A program made the translations under genes and the position numbers. Below, piece after piece: positions 19,145 to 28,629 of a stretch of DNA of 64,000 bases (position 1 is the stretch's first letter; each line of letters starts with the position of its first letter). A model generated the notes under the pieces. The model had not been told where the DNA came from, searched no databases, and saw nothing but the letters and a program-made list of their open reading frames with translations. The DNA is taken from contig JANRKS010000006.1 in assembly GCA_033763315.1 (NCBI GenBank), positions 64,001-128,000 on the forward strand. The letters run 5' to 3'. The stretch comes from Deltaproteobacteria bacterium (GTDB lineage Bacteria > Myxococcota_A > Polyangia > Fen-1088).

Positions 19145-20353
19145 TCAATCTTGGCGCTGCATTCCGTGTGTCTCACGAGCAAAACCCACGAAGGCGGCAT
19201 TGGAGTTAATCCTAACGGCTTGCTTGACGTTGCTCACAGTGCCGTTGGCCGTGTTCAGCTGCAATGTTACGACTGTGTGTTGTTCCTGGCTACCCACCAG
19301 TAAAAAGGTGCCGGTGGCGTCAATGGCGAAATCACGCGGCCCTGTGATGCTTGGGTGCACAAACCTCTGAAGTTGCCGTGGTCGAAAGGAAGCCGGATCC
19401 ACCTCGTAAGTATAGATACTCGCGGGCGGGCTGCGAACCGAGACGTACACAAAGCGGCCATCGGGCGAAACGATCACATGCGCCCCACCTCCCTGTCTGG
19501 TTGTTGCCGCCGCGGGGTTCGTTAGGTTTCCCGTGTCCGGATCGAGATCGTAAGAAACCAAAGTCATTTCACCTTCGTGCACCAGATACGCAGCGCGGTT
19601 CGAAGGATGGATCGCGATGTGACGCGGGCGAGGGTGCGTGCGTAAGCGGGTTTGATTTCCGTCCGCGGCAGGCAGCTCTTGCAAACTTCCACTGCGTTTA
19701 TCGAAGCGGTAGCGGCCCACTGAATCGTCGTCGCGGTTTGGAACGAATACAAAGCGACCGTCATGGGAGAAAGCAATTTGGTGCGGCCGATGCCCCGTAG
19801 GCAGGCTGGCCACGGAAGCTCCCAAACGACCATCTGGCTGCATCTGGAACACGTGTACGTCGTCGCTGCGGAAGTTGGCGACGAGCACGAAGTGTCCCGC
19901 AGGGTCTACACTTAGGTGCGTGGGGGCCGATCCGCCGCTGTTGGTCGATGCCAACCATTTCAAAGTGCCGTCGTGCGTGTCGCGCGAAAACGCATGGATC
20001 ACTCCATGCTCACCTTTGCCATCACAAACATACATGTGGCGACCATCGCTTGAGATGGCGCCATAGTTTCCACTTTGGGAGAAGCTCTTTTCCAGGCTGA
20101 GGTGGCCCGTGGACGGATCGAACGAAAGCAAAGCGATGTCGCCTGCTCCTAGTGCGTAGGCGAACACGTGCAGTGTGTTGGGCGCAGCCTTAGCGATGGT
20201 TTTGCTTGGCGGGTGGATGCAGGACCCGAGCAGAACGAGGCTCAGGATCAGGCTTGGTGAGAGACCACGCCCTAACGCTGTCGGAAGCGGATTTCGATCG
20301 AACCGGGCTTGCTTCACCCGTTCCATCTGACGTTGTGAATCTGCTCGTGGCAT
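19145..20353 (-). CDS. Lactonase family 7-bladed beta-propeller (6-phosphogluconolactonase-like), probable lipoprotein
   Basis: APTHLSVDPAGHFVLVANF, PHQI, PRHIAIHP, PRDFAID; lipobox LGSC. Start uncertain. Confidence 0.85.
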   Translation of the reverse strand: MPRADSQRQMERVKQARFDRNPLPTALGRGLSPSLILSLVLLGSCIHPPSKTIAKAAPNTLHVFAYALGAGDIALLSFDPSTGHLSLEKSFSQSGNYGAISSDGRHMYVCDGKGEHGVIHAFSRDTHDGTLKWLASTNSGGSAPTHLSVDPAGHFVLVANFRSDDVHVFQMQPDGRLGASVASLPTGHRPHQIAFSHDGRFVFVPNRDDDSVGRYRFDKRSGSLQELPAADGNQTRLRTHPRPRHIAIHPSNRAAYLVHEGEMTLVSYDLDPDTGNLTNPAAATTRQGGGAHVIVSPDGRFVYVSVRSPPASIYTYEVDPASFRPRQLQRFVHPSITGPRDFAIDATGTFLLVGSQEQHTVVTLQLNTANGTVSNVKQAVRINSNAAFVGFARETHGMQRQD

Positions 20354-20436
20354 TGATGTTGCTCAATGGATCTTCGCGATGGCGATGGCGGTGTTGGCCG
20401 GGGCATAAGAGAGCGCAACCGCGTCAGGTGCTTAGG

Positions 20437-20559
20437 TCAGTGCCTCATGCGATCGTTGTCTGCCGTCTCAAGCTTGGCCGTCACGGTGTAATCAGACCAG
20501 TTCGCTGAACCGTCACTGCCCCAATACGAGGTGCTGTCAGCGTCGATCGACTGCGCCCC
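20437..20559 (-). pseudogene. Short remnant resembling a beta-sandwich/lectin-like domain
   Basis: Reads GAQSIDADSTSYWGSDGSANWSDYTVTAKLETADNDRMRH*; W.DY.V...L...DND pattern; no clear start. Confidence 0.35.
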
Positions 20560-20685
20560 AAGGCGTCTTCGACTGAGCCGCTGCCCAACAACGTGCTTCG
20601 GGCCCCCTGGCGATCGGCCGAGGGGCCCGTGAGACCGTCCCGCAACAGGGCGGCCTCGTGTTACGTCAAGAGAACGGCTATGTAC

Positions 20686-21603
20686 CTAGCGTTCGCTAGG
20701 CAACAGGTCCGCAACGTCATCGCCAATGCGCTTGGCAATCTCGAACAAGGGTAAGTCGTTTCGATCCGAACCGAAAGGCTCTTCAATCTCGGTGGCCAAA
20801 AGTTCAAGACCCATGGTTGAGAAGAACAAAAACATCGCCGCAACCACCGTGCCGTAGCCATAGTCCTTCGCCATCGCAAAGGGCACAACCAAGGTGAACA
20901 ACACGATGAACTGCTTGATGTACGAGCTGTAGCCGAACGGGATGGGGGTGCGCGAGATTCGTTCGCAAGCCCCTGTGACGTCGTCGAAGGCAGTGAGCAA
21001 CGGCTGCAAAGCGATCACTGACTCGTGAGGTAGATTGCCCGCCCGCACATCGCTGTGAAACTCCTGCGTCAGATGGCTAAGCAGTCGGTTCGGACGGTGA
21101 GGGGCGTTCGCGAGCAGTTCAGCTACTTTGGCGATGGCCAGCTCGCCTTGTGTTTCCGCGGCGCGATCCACTGGATCCAGATCGCGTGCTTTATGGCTGG
21201 GGGGAAAAGCCCGCAGGTGTTGAGCCAGCGTGGCCGCGAAGCCCGCAATAAGCTTTGCGTAAAGCGATCGCCGTTCACGCCCCGGAGGCAACATCGCGTG
21301 CAGTTGGCGCGACAGCGCACGGCTGTTGTTCACCAACTGGCCCCACAGCCGCCGGCCCTCCCACCAACGGTCGTAGGCGGTGTTCGTCCGAAAAACCAAC
21401 AACAGGCCCAAGATGATTCCCAGCAACGACAAAACCGGCAAGCCAAAAGGCTGCGGAATCTTTCCCACATCCCGTTCCAGCCACACCACAAGTGCCGCAT
21501 AGATGGCCACCCCCACCACGTCCAAGAACAGCGTGCGGAACACCGGGCTTTGGGCAAAGCCAAGCAACACCTTCGTCCAGCTTTGAGGGTTGTATCGAAT
21601 CAC
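20686..21603 (-). CDS. Bestrophin family ion channel (YneE-like)
   Basis: LLLVFRTNTAYDRWWEGRRLWG, CERISRTPIP, IEEPFGSDRNDLP. Start placed at GTG 21603. Confidence 0.93.
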   Translation of the reverse strand: MIRYNPQSWTKVLLGFAQSPVFRTLFLDVVGVAIYAALVVWLERDVGKIPQPFGLPVLSLLGIILGLLLVFRTNTAYDRWWEGRRLWGQLVNNSRALSRQLHAMLPPGRERRSLYAKLIAGFAATLAQHLRAFPPSHKARDLDPVDRAAETQGELAIAKVAELLANAPHRPNRLLSHLTQEFHSDVRAGNLPHESVIALQPLLTAFDDVTGACERISRTPIPFGYSSYIKQFIVLFTLVVPFAMAKDYGYGTVVAAMFLFFSTMGLELLATEIEEPFGSDRNDLPLFEIAKRIGDDVADLLPSER

Positions 21604-21774
21604 GGGGTTGTCCTTGTCATGAATGCATCGCCCGGCGGGAATATACTGTCGCTCCGTGATTTGACGAGCAAAGGACGCCACGGACGATAGCGGCATCAAA
21701 AAGCGAACCCATAGAACGACGCAAGTGTGGTGCGGCGGGAGTTAGCGACAGCGATGGTTTTAGGCACGGGCAGA

Positions 21775-22329
21775 TTAGGCGTTTCTCGTTAGCCGCAGCT
21801 CAACCTCGCGATCCACGTACCGCCATTCCTCAGTTGATCGCAGACGCTCAAGCAGTTCATCGAACGCACCACGGCTTTCGGGGGCAAACTCAAACCACGT
21901 TAAAAAGTCGAAGTCACAACCCAAGTCACGGCAGTGGTACAAACGTCGCGCCACCGCAGGCAAGTATTCGCTGCCCACCGCAATGTGGTTCGATTTCTGT
22001 TCGAATATCGACCGCCGTTCGTCTTGGGACATTTGCCACCACTCGGGCAATTTGCGTATGGGGATAAGCGCGGCGCAAGTGCTGGCCGGGCGATCGAGAT
22101 CCTCCTGGATCGCCGCGAGCTTGCGCTTCTCCATGACTTCTTGATAGCGCTCGTTGCTCCTTACGCCATCAAGCGACCACGCTGCATCAATGGGGTTTTG
22201 GAACACCGAACCTTCAATCCGGCTCAATGCCGACGCCGCCGGAAGACCTTGGCCCACCACGGTCCGCACATGTTCCACGCGCCATTGCCCCACAGCCCCC
22301 GCAACAAAACTGACCCTTGTAACTGCCAT
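21775..22329 (-). CDS. cld: Chlorite dismutase, short (clade 2-like)
   Basis: LIPIRK..EWW.MSQDERR.IFE.KS.H, YLPAVARRLYHCRD (distal Arg), FDFLTWFEF, TEEWRYVDRE; RBS GGAGG before ATG 22329. Confidence 0.88.
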   Translation of the reverse strand: MAVTRVSFVAGAVGQWRVEHVRTVVGQGLPAASALSRIEGSVFQNPIDAAWSLDGVRSNERYQEVMEKRKLAAIQEDLDRPASTCAALIPIRKLPEWWQMSQDERRSIFEQKSNHIAVGSEYLPAVARRLYHCRDLGCDFDFLTWFEFAPESRGAFDELLERLRSTEEWRYVDREVELRLTRNA

Positions 22330-22522
22330 GTTCACCTCCGCGTACGCCAAAGTGAAGCAGAGGTCATTTTTCGTCGACGTAAACACTGACCTTTAAAGCG
22401 AAAAAAAGCCCGAACAAGGCCCGGTTATCGTTGGGGTCGTTTATGCCTTCGCTACCGATTCTCCGGCGGCCTATCGTGCATGGGCACGGCCCGTATGGCA
22501 TCGACGGCGCGGGTAAGGGCCA

Positions 22523-23344
22523 CTAGCCCCCGTTGACAGAGGCGCGCAGACCCGGGAATTGAGCGTCGATGGCAGCGGTCATGGTGAGCAGGTCGCTGTT
22601 CATCGACCTTTGCTTGCTGTTTGCCTCGGCGGTTGCGTCCGAACCCTTCCTCAGCTCCGCCTGGATCTTATCCATCTGAAGCGCAAGGGTCGGATCCTTG
22701 CCAAGGTCGGTGACGGACTCGGCGTGGAGTTGATTGCCGCGTGCATTGATGCCGTCGCCGCGTCCGTCGAGGTGACGGTTGGCGGCGCTCAACTGAAGAA
22801 TGATTTTCATGTTGGCTTCGACCTTGGCCCACCTGGCAGCGTCGCTCAGGATTGGGTGCTGGTTGACCGTGGTCTGCACGGTGCACGAGCCCGGGGTCAG
22901 GTTAAGGCTGGCTCCAGCGTCACAGTTCGCCCGAATGCCTGCGGAAGCCTCGCTCGATGCGCTGCCGCTACCCGCTCTGCCCGTAGCGCGCGCATTTGCA
23001 TCGGCGCGACAGTCGGCAACGAATGAGGCGTTGAAGCTGGGTGGCTGGCATACCACCTTGGTTTGAACCTTGATGGCGTCGCGGATGAAGGTTGCAATGG
23101 CATCTGCGTTCGCTTCGACCCCGAGACCTGCCGCGAGCTCGGCCTTGGCGTGCTGATGCCTTGCATAGGCCGCGTTGACGGCCTGTAGGTAGCCGTCGGC
23201 CTCCACGACCCACGACGCGTACTTAGCCGGCATCTCGGCGATCGGGACGTCGATCTCGGCGCTGGCTTTGAACGCGAAGCTGGCGGCACAGCCAGGCAAA
23301 AAAGCCGTGACAAGTAAAATAGCTACAAGTCCGATACGGATCAT
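22523..23344 (-). CDS. Hypothetical Ala-rich lipoprotein
   Basis: RBS GAGGGG, MIRIGLVAILLVTAFLPGC lipobox; helical and Cys-containing segments. Confidence 0.75.
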   Translation of the reverse strand: MIRIGLVAILLVTAFLPGCAASFAFKASAEIDVPIAEMPAKYASWVVEADGYLQAVNAAYARHQHAKAELAAGLGVEANADAIATFIRDAIKVQTKVVCQPPSFNASFVADCRADANARATGRAGSGSASSEASAGIRANCDAGASLNLTPGSCTVQTTVNQHPILSDAARWAKVEANMKIILQLSAANRHLDGRGDGINARGNQLHAESVTDLGKDPTLALQMDKIQAELRKGSDATAEANSKQRSMNSDLLTMTAAIDAQFPGLRASVNGG

Positions 23345-23623
23345 CGTTCGTTCCCCCTCAATGGTTTGACAAGCTACAGACCAGGCTCCAAGCGGCCATT
23401 TCCGGCCCCTCACGCCGTGGAAGTCGGAGCGGCTTGGGCACGGTACCACAGCCGGGCAACTTCACCTGCCAAACCGTTCAGCTGACCCTTCTGATCCTCA
23501 TGTCTTCAGGGCGAACTCCGAAAAAGGTTATGACTTTTTCAGCGTTGACCCTAAAGCATGATGCGACGGGACCAAGCAACCGCTGCCCCTACGGGCCACG
23601 AAGTCGGTCACCTAATGAGCAAA

Positions 23624-24541
23624 TCACTTGGCGCTGATGCTGAAGTCGTCCACGTAGATCTTGCCGCTCCAAGTGGTACCCGGCGTCACCTCACCGTAGA
23701 TTCCAAGCTCAAAGAGGTTGTTGGATGTCACCTTTGAGCAGTCGTAGTCTTGGGGAATGAGAAAATCAATCTTGGTCCACTGACCTGGCGTGGCCGCGGC
23801 CAAGATGCTTTGGCTCTTCCAGCCGTTGACCGTTTGCAAAACCAACGACAACTGCTTGAGTTGGTTGCCCGCGGGGACCAACACCCATGCTGATATCGTG
23901 CGGCCGGCCTGCAGGTAGTTCATGAACATGCTGCGGTCTTTCACGATGAAGAACCACTGGTATCGCAGGGTGCCTCCCGCCCCAGCATCGGCACCCGCGT
24001 CGGAGCCACCTGATGGCATCCCATCTGCGGTGTTGATCACGAGTTCCATGGCCTTGGCTTTGGTGTGAACGGGCGAGGTCACGAGCTGAGGCATCGGTGC
24101 TGGCACGCGCAGGTTGGCGGGATTTGAAATCGCGGACGAGGTCATGAACAAGTCCGCGTCGGATTCGAACTCGATGAGCTTTTGCCCCGGAAGGGTTGCG
24201 CAAGTCACCATGCCGCCGGTGCCGGGCGTTCCTCCCGTGTTGGCTGCGCCGCCCGTGCCCGTGCTGCCACCCGTGGTGTTTGCACCGCCGGTGCCTGTGC
24301 TGCCACCCGTGGCGTTGGTGCCGCCCGTGCCTGGGCTGCCACCTTTACCGCCTGAACCGCTGCCGCCCTTTCCGCCGGCGCTGCTCCCTGCTTTGCCTCC
24401 CTCCGATGTTCCGCCACCGGCCCCCGCCACTTCACCGCCCATACCACCTTCATTGTCGCCTTCTGAGTTTCCTCCCCCACAGCTCACGGCCCACGCCAAA
24501 CCAATCACGCTTACGCTTGCCAACAATAAACTCGTGCGCAT
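23624..24541 (-). CDS. Lipoprotein with Gly/Thr linker and carbohydrate-binding-module-like C-terminal domain
   Basis: Lipobox AVSC; LIEFE, TISAWVLVP, PGQWTKI, WSGKIYVDDF (galactose-binding-like beta-sandwich pattern); RBS GGAGGAG. Confidence 0.75.
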   Translation of the reverse strand: MRTSLLLASVSVIGLAWAVSCGGGNSEGDNEGGMGGEVAGAGGGTSEGGKAGSSAGGKGGSGSGGKGGSPGTGGTNATGGSTGTGGANTTGGSTGTGGAANTGGTPGTGGMVTCATLPGQKLIEFESDADLFMTSSAISNPANLRVPAPMPQLVTSPVHTKAKAMELVINTADGMPSGGSDAGADAGAGGTLRYQWFFIVKDRSMFMNYLQAGRTISAWVLVPAGNQLKQLSLVLQTVNGWKSQSILAAATPGQWTKIDFLIPQDYDCSKVTSNNLFELGIYGEVTPGTTWSGKIYVDDFSISAK

Positions 24542-24788
24542 TTATGCTTCTCCTCCGTCAATTTATGGATCGCACACCGCATGGGCCTGCTTTGCGGGTG
24601 TTGAAATTCGGAGTGTAGATTCGGCCACGCGCTCTGCCCACGGCAGCGGCACAACAGCTAACGATTTACTGACGAATGTATTGTGAGTACAAGCCCGCGA
24701 TGTGGTTGTTACGACGACCGGCGCATTGGATCGCCCGGGATGTTAAACGTCCAACTCTGCCAACGGCTTTCTTACCTAGGATGCTCCT

Positions 24789-26009
24789 GTGTTTCGTATT
24801 CCGTTTTTCCGCACGTCTGAAATTTTTCTCATGGGACTGCTCGCCGCTTTCGCGATGCAGGCCGGTTGTCGCCTAGGCAGGGGCTCGCAGCGGCCGAAAG
24901 CGCCTCCTGCCACGCTCCTCATCGGCTGCGACGGCAAAACCGTTCACGATACAAAAACGGCTTTGACCGCCGTGTCGCCAGAGGGAGATAGGGTGCTCGT
25001 GTTCGATGTGTCGCAGCCTTTTGCGCCACGGCTGAAGGGCAGCGTTGAGGTGAACAATTCCGTGTGGGGGCCGCCCACGAACCTCGCGCTTGGGCCAGGG
25101 GGCCGCTTCGCCCTGGTTTCCGACTCAATGAAAAATGTCGCGCAAGAAAACGCATGGACAGCCATCCCCAACGACAAGCTACACGTAGTCGATTTGCGCG
25201 CTTTACCTATGAAGGTGGTTAGCACGGTGAAGGTTGGCCTTCAGCCATCAGGCGTCGATGTGAGCCCCAGCGGGCAGCTGGCCCTCACCGCAAACCGAAA
25301 GGGACAAAGCGTTTCGCGCGTTGGGCTCTTCAACGATGGCCTCACGCTTACGGCTGTGCTCCTTGCAGATGTGCCCCTTGCAGGACAGGCCTCAGATGTA
25401 CGCTTTACACCCGACGGCAAACGTGCCCTTGTCACCCTGTTTTCAGAAAGCGCCGTGGCCGTCTTAAAGGTGGATGGACAAGATGTGAAACTGGCACACC
25501 GCTTGGACGTGGTACCGAATCCCTATCCTTTGGTGATTGCGCCCAACGGGAAGTTTGCCTTGGTGACCAGCATGGGCGCAACGTCCTCAAGCTCCGACGG
25601 GCAGCCCGATCTTCTTGGCGCTATCGATCTCGAATCCGACCCGCCAAAGCTGGTAGCCCAGGTGTTGGTGGGAGACAGTCCCGAGGGTTTGGCCATCAGC
25701 CCCACGGGCCAACACGCCGCCACCGTGAACCTCAGGGGCAGCAGTTCGAGGTCATCAGCATCGGCCTATCACCGCAACGCCACAGTGAGCCTGCTTTCAC
25801 TGGCCGGGGCTCCGCGATCCTTGCACGTGCTTGATACGGTAGAGGTCGGAGCCCTTGCTGAGGGCATCGCTTTTTCACCTGATGGTGAATACCTGTACGT
25901 GGGAAACTTCAGCGATCAGTCCTTAACGGTGCTGCGTATTTCAGAAAACAAACTCGTGGCGATTGGCCAGCCGCTTGCGCTTGGCTGTCGGCCTGCGTCC
26001 CTCAAGTGA
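24789..26009 (+). CDS. YncE/lactonase-like beta-propeller lipoprotein
   Basis: Lipobox QAGC; repeats VGLQPSGVDVSPSG, VGDSPEGLAISPTG, AEGIAFSPDGEYLYVGNF. Confidence 0.82.
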   Translation: MFRIPFFRTSEIFLMGLLAAFAMQAGCRLGRGSQRPKAPPATLLIGCDGKTVHDTKTALTAVSPEGDRVLVFDVSQPFAPRLKGSVEVNNSVWGPPTNLALGPGGRFALVSDSMKNVAQENAWTAIPNDKLHVVDLRALPMKVVSTVKVGLQPSGVDVSPSGQLALTANRKGQSVSRVGLFNDGLTLTAVLLADVPLAGQASDVRFTPDGKRALVTLFSESAVAVLKVDGQDVKLAHRLDVVPNPYPLVIAPNGKFALVTSMGATSSSSDGQPDLLGAIDLESDPPKLVAQVLVGDSPEGLAISPTGQHAATVNLRGSSSRSSASAYHRNATVSLLSLAGAPRSLHVLDTVEVGALAEGIAFSPDGEYLYVGNFSDQSLTVLRISENKLVAIGQPLALGCRPASLK

Positions 26010-26061
26010 CAGTCACGGTGATCACGTACTTTCACATTTGATTCTTGCGCCCTGCGGTCCT

Positions 26062-26820
26062 TTAGGGGCGGTTCAGGCGTGCTTGTGCCTGCGCGGCAAG
26101 CGCACTGTGAGGGTGGTGGTGCAAGAATGCTTGAAGCGCTTTGCGTTCGCGGCTTTGATTGCCGAGGCTTCTGTAGGCTTGTGCCAAACCCCATCGGGCT
26201 TCTTCCGCAAGGGGCCCAGCCGGCTGCAAGGCGAGGGCGCTTTGAAATAGTTTGGCGCCACGTTGAGGATCGCGCAGCCGGTCGACGTATAAGCTGCCCG
26301 CCGCCACCATTGCGGCGTACGCGTTTTGGGAATGAGGTGAAGACCGTATCGCACGCTCGTAGGCACGGGCAGCGGCGCTCCAGCGCGCTTGTCTGCGTAA
26401 GTGATTTGCCTGGGCCAACAGATCGGAGGTCGATGGAGCAACGGAAGCGCGCTTTGGCTCCGGCACGGCTTGTGGTGGCCCAGGTGGTTCCGGGGTGGCA
26501 GGCACGACTGGTGCCGGCATCTCTTGCGGTTGCGAAACGTGTGCAGCTGGTTGCCTGGTTGACTGGAGCTGTCGCGACCGCAGCAAGAAGGCCGCCGAAA
26601 CCGCCGCCGACAAACTTAGGAACAAGACAACCCCTGCTGCCAACTGCAGTATGTAAGTCCGCCTGTGTCGCCCGCGTCTTGCGTGCGCTTGCAGGGTGTT
26701 CGCCACCAAGATCTCTGTGGCCTCGTCCGACAACCGACGAGCGGGCCCCGCTTCGGCGTCAAGTTTGGGTAGGTTGACGCTTGCCCAAGGTTCAGGTGTG
26801 TTGTGTGAAGGCGGGCTCAC
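26062..26820 (-). CDS. Membrane-anchored TPR protein, putative anti-sigma factor
   Basis: Single TM helix, Pro-rich linker, TPR helices (LLAQAN.LRR..RW.AA..AY; LAEEARWGLAQAY); stop/start overlap with the sigma gene. Confidence 0.7.
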   Translation of the reverse strand: MSPPSHNTPEPWASVNLPKLDAEAGPARRLSDEATEILVANTLQAHARRGRHRRTYILQLAAGVVLFLSLSAAVSAAFLLRSRQLQSTRQPAAHVSQPQEMPAPVVPATPEPPGPPQAVPEPKRASVAPSTSDLLAQANHLRRQARWSAAARAYERAIRSSPHSQNAYAAMVAAGSLYVDRLRDPQRGAKLFQSALALQPAGPLAEEARWGLAQAYRSLGNQSRERKALQAFLHHHPHSALAAQAQARLNRP

Positions 26821-27452
26821 GATGGTTCCTTGGTTTGCGTGGCTCCGTCACAACTCAAGTTCTGCTCGCGCAAGTTGTGGCGTGCGAGGCGCAGGCGGCT
26901 GCGCACCGTTTCCGTGGGGACTTTTAACTGCGAAGCGATCTCAGGTACGGTCATATCGAGCACATGATGCAACACAAGAACGTGACGTTGCTCGGGCGAT
27001 AGGCGATCCAGAACGGCAATGGTTTGGCGTCGCGTGAGGTACTCATCTGGATTCGACGTTGCAGCAACCAAGTCAGAGCCATCGAAAGGCTCGACGCTAT
27101 CCACACGTGACGGCTCTTGCCGCAGTCGCTTTAGGTTGCGAAAAACCGAGCGCACCACCACACGATCCACCCACATCTCAAACCGGCCCTCGCCGCGAAA
27201 GCTGTCTAAGCCATCAAGCACCACAAGCAGAGATTCTTGTGTGAGATCATCTACGTCGCTGTCGCGCCACACCAAGTAACGAACCAGATTGCGCACGCGG
27301 GGAAGCAGGGCGGTGACCAGCGCGCGCAAGGCTGTGTCCTCCCCCGCGATCGCACGGGGCAACAGATGCTGCAGCGAAGGAGGTTCCACCGGCATGGGGC
27401 TATGAGCCGCCATCGAACGGTAAGCCGCCTGGGCGTACAAAAACGGTGGCAT
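26817..27452 (-). CDS. ECF RNA polymerase sigma-70 factor
   Basis: DVDDLTQE, LDSFRGEGRFEMW (region 2); LSPEQRHVLVLHHVLDMTVPEIASQLKVPTETVRSRLRLAR (region 4). Confidence 0.93.
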   Translation of the reverse strand: MPPFLYAQAAYRSMAAHSPMPVEPPSLQHLLPRAIAGEDTALRALVTALLPRVRNLVRYLVWRDSDVDDLTQESLLVVLDGLDSFRGEGRFEMWVDRVVVRSVFRNLKRLRQEPSRVDSVEPFDGSDLVAATSNPDEYLTRRQTIAVLDRLSPEQRHVLVLHHVLDMTVPEIASQLKVPTETVRSRLRLARHNLREQNLSCDGATQTKEPS

Positions 27453-27462
27453 GTGGCTTCAT

Positions 27463-27490
27463 GGAGACGTGGAGTTCACAAAGTGGGTCA
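27463..27490 (-). promoter_or_regulatory. Putative ECF promoter TGACCC-N16-GTCTCC (autoregulatory)
   Basis: Minus strand TGACCCACTTTGTGAACTCCACGTCTCC, 10 nt before the sigma ATG; same motif and spacing at 30701-30728 and 32028-32055. Confidence 0.7.
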
Positions 27491-28504
27491 ACGAGAAAAC
27501 GTGAGCTCAAGCCCAATCCGCACACTGGGTTGCACGGACCACATGTACCATAACGGCCGATAACCCGTGGCGTCGCGCAGCCCGAGGCTGAACGGATCTT
27601 CGACGCCGTCTAGGCCCGCTGCCATCCAGAGCCCTAAACGCCCCGGCACAACTTGGCGCCGAAGCCGCAAGCCCGTGCCAACGAACCATTGTCCAAATCG
27701 CAACTCGTCCCGCAGTGGGCCAGAAAGCGGCTGCACCGACGTCCTTGACCAACCGAAGCGACCTTCCGCGCCAACGCGCCAGGCCCTGCCGAGCGCAACG
27801 TCGTAAGCAAGCACAAATCCCATCGCCCAGCTGTCGATATCGGCCTCGGCCCCTTGCGCGGTGACGCGGACCGATGGACGTCGAGATGATAGGAGGCCTA
27901 GGGTGAGGGCTCTCCATCTGCCTTCAATTCGCGCCTCAAGGGCATGGTTGGGCTCGGTTGGAAGTCCGTCCCACGTTGCCAGCCATCCGAGGCGCGGCGC
28001 CAGCTCCCACGGCGTGCGGGATAGGGCAGCGCTCGTGCTTGCGCGCGTTGGCGGGGGCGGTGGGGGCGTAGGCTTGTGTGTCGTGCCCAGTGGCGCGTTG
28101 TTGAGTCTCCCAACAATCGCGGTGCGCGCCACCAAGGCTCCCGCTTCTAGATCGGCCGTTCTCACAGGATGACTGGACGCGATGGGGCGGACCAACACCA
28201 AGGTGGAATCGGGCTTCCTGGTGAGGGCCACCAGGCTTCCTTCGCGCCACCAAATCACGACGGCTGCGTCATGCGAAGCCGCCGCCGCCTCGGCTGCCGT
28301 AACGTCGTGGTACTCACCAAGCGGCTTTGCTTGTACGAAAGCATTGGTGCGGATTTCGACCGCCAAATCACTGGTCTGTCCTCGCAAACGCTTAGTGAAG
28401 ACATCGCACGTCACATGGGGAGTGCACAGGAACAGCACGCGCAGTTTGGTCGCTCCATTGGCCTGCGTGCCCAGCGGGGCGCACAGGATCCACAGCGTCC
28501 ACAA
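27488..28504 (-). CDS. Exported protein with C-terminal outer-membrane beta-barrel-like region
   Basis: Signal-like N-terminus, poly-Pro linker, amphipathic Trp/Gly/Arg-rich strands ending VRIGLELTF. Start uncertain. Confidence 0.6.
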   Translation of the reverse strand: MWTLWILCAPLGTQANGATKLRVLFLCTPHVTCDVFTKRLRGQTSDLAVEIRTNAFVQAKPLGEYHDVTAAEAAAASHDAAVVIWWREGSLVALTRKPDSTLVLVRPIASSHPVRTADLEAGALVARTAIVGRLNNAPLGTTHKPTPPPPPPTRASTSAALSRTPWELAPRLGWLATWDGLPTEPNHALEARIEGRWRALTLGLLSSRRPSVRVTAQGAEADIDSWAMGFVLAYDVALGRAWRVGAEGRFGWSRTSVQPLSGPLRDELRFGQWFVGTGLRLRRQVVPGRLGLWMAAGLDGVEDPFSLGLRDATGYRPLWYMWSVQPSVRIGLELTFSR

Positions 28505-28629
28505 GCACTGCTGGGCGACGGTTGTGAAGTGGAAGCGCGATGATGAGAGCAGACACTCAGTATAAGCTTGCGGCGTTATATTGGGCTAGACCGATGTCAC
28601 TTGCGTTGCTCTCAACCACCCAAGCATCG

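Noticed and set aside
20599-20629. Hairpin CGGGCCCC..GGGGCCCG downstream of the bestrophin gene
   Set aside because: No poly-U tail, so it cannot be called an intrinsic terminator.
23545-23575. TTGACCC on the plus strand (also near 14270)
   Set aside because: No GTCTCC at N16 and no plus-strand gene downstream.
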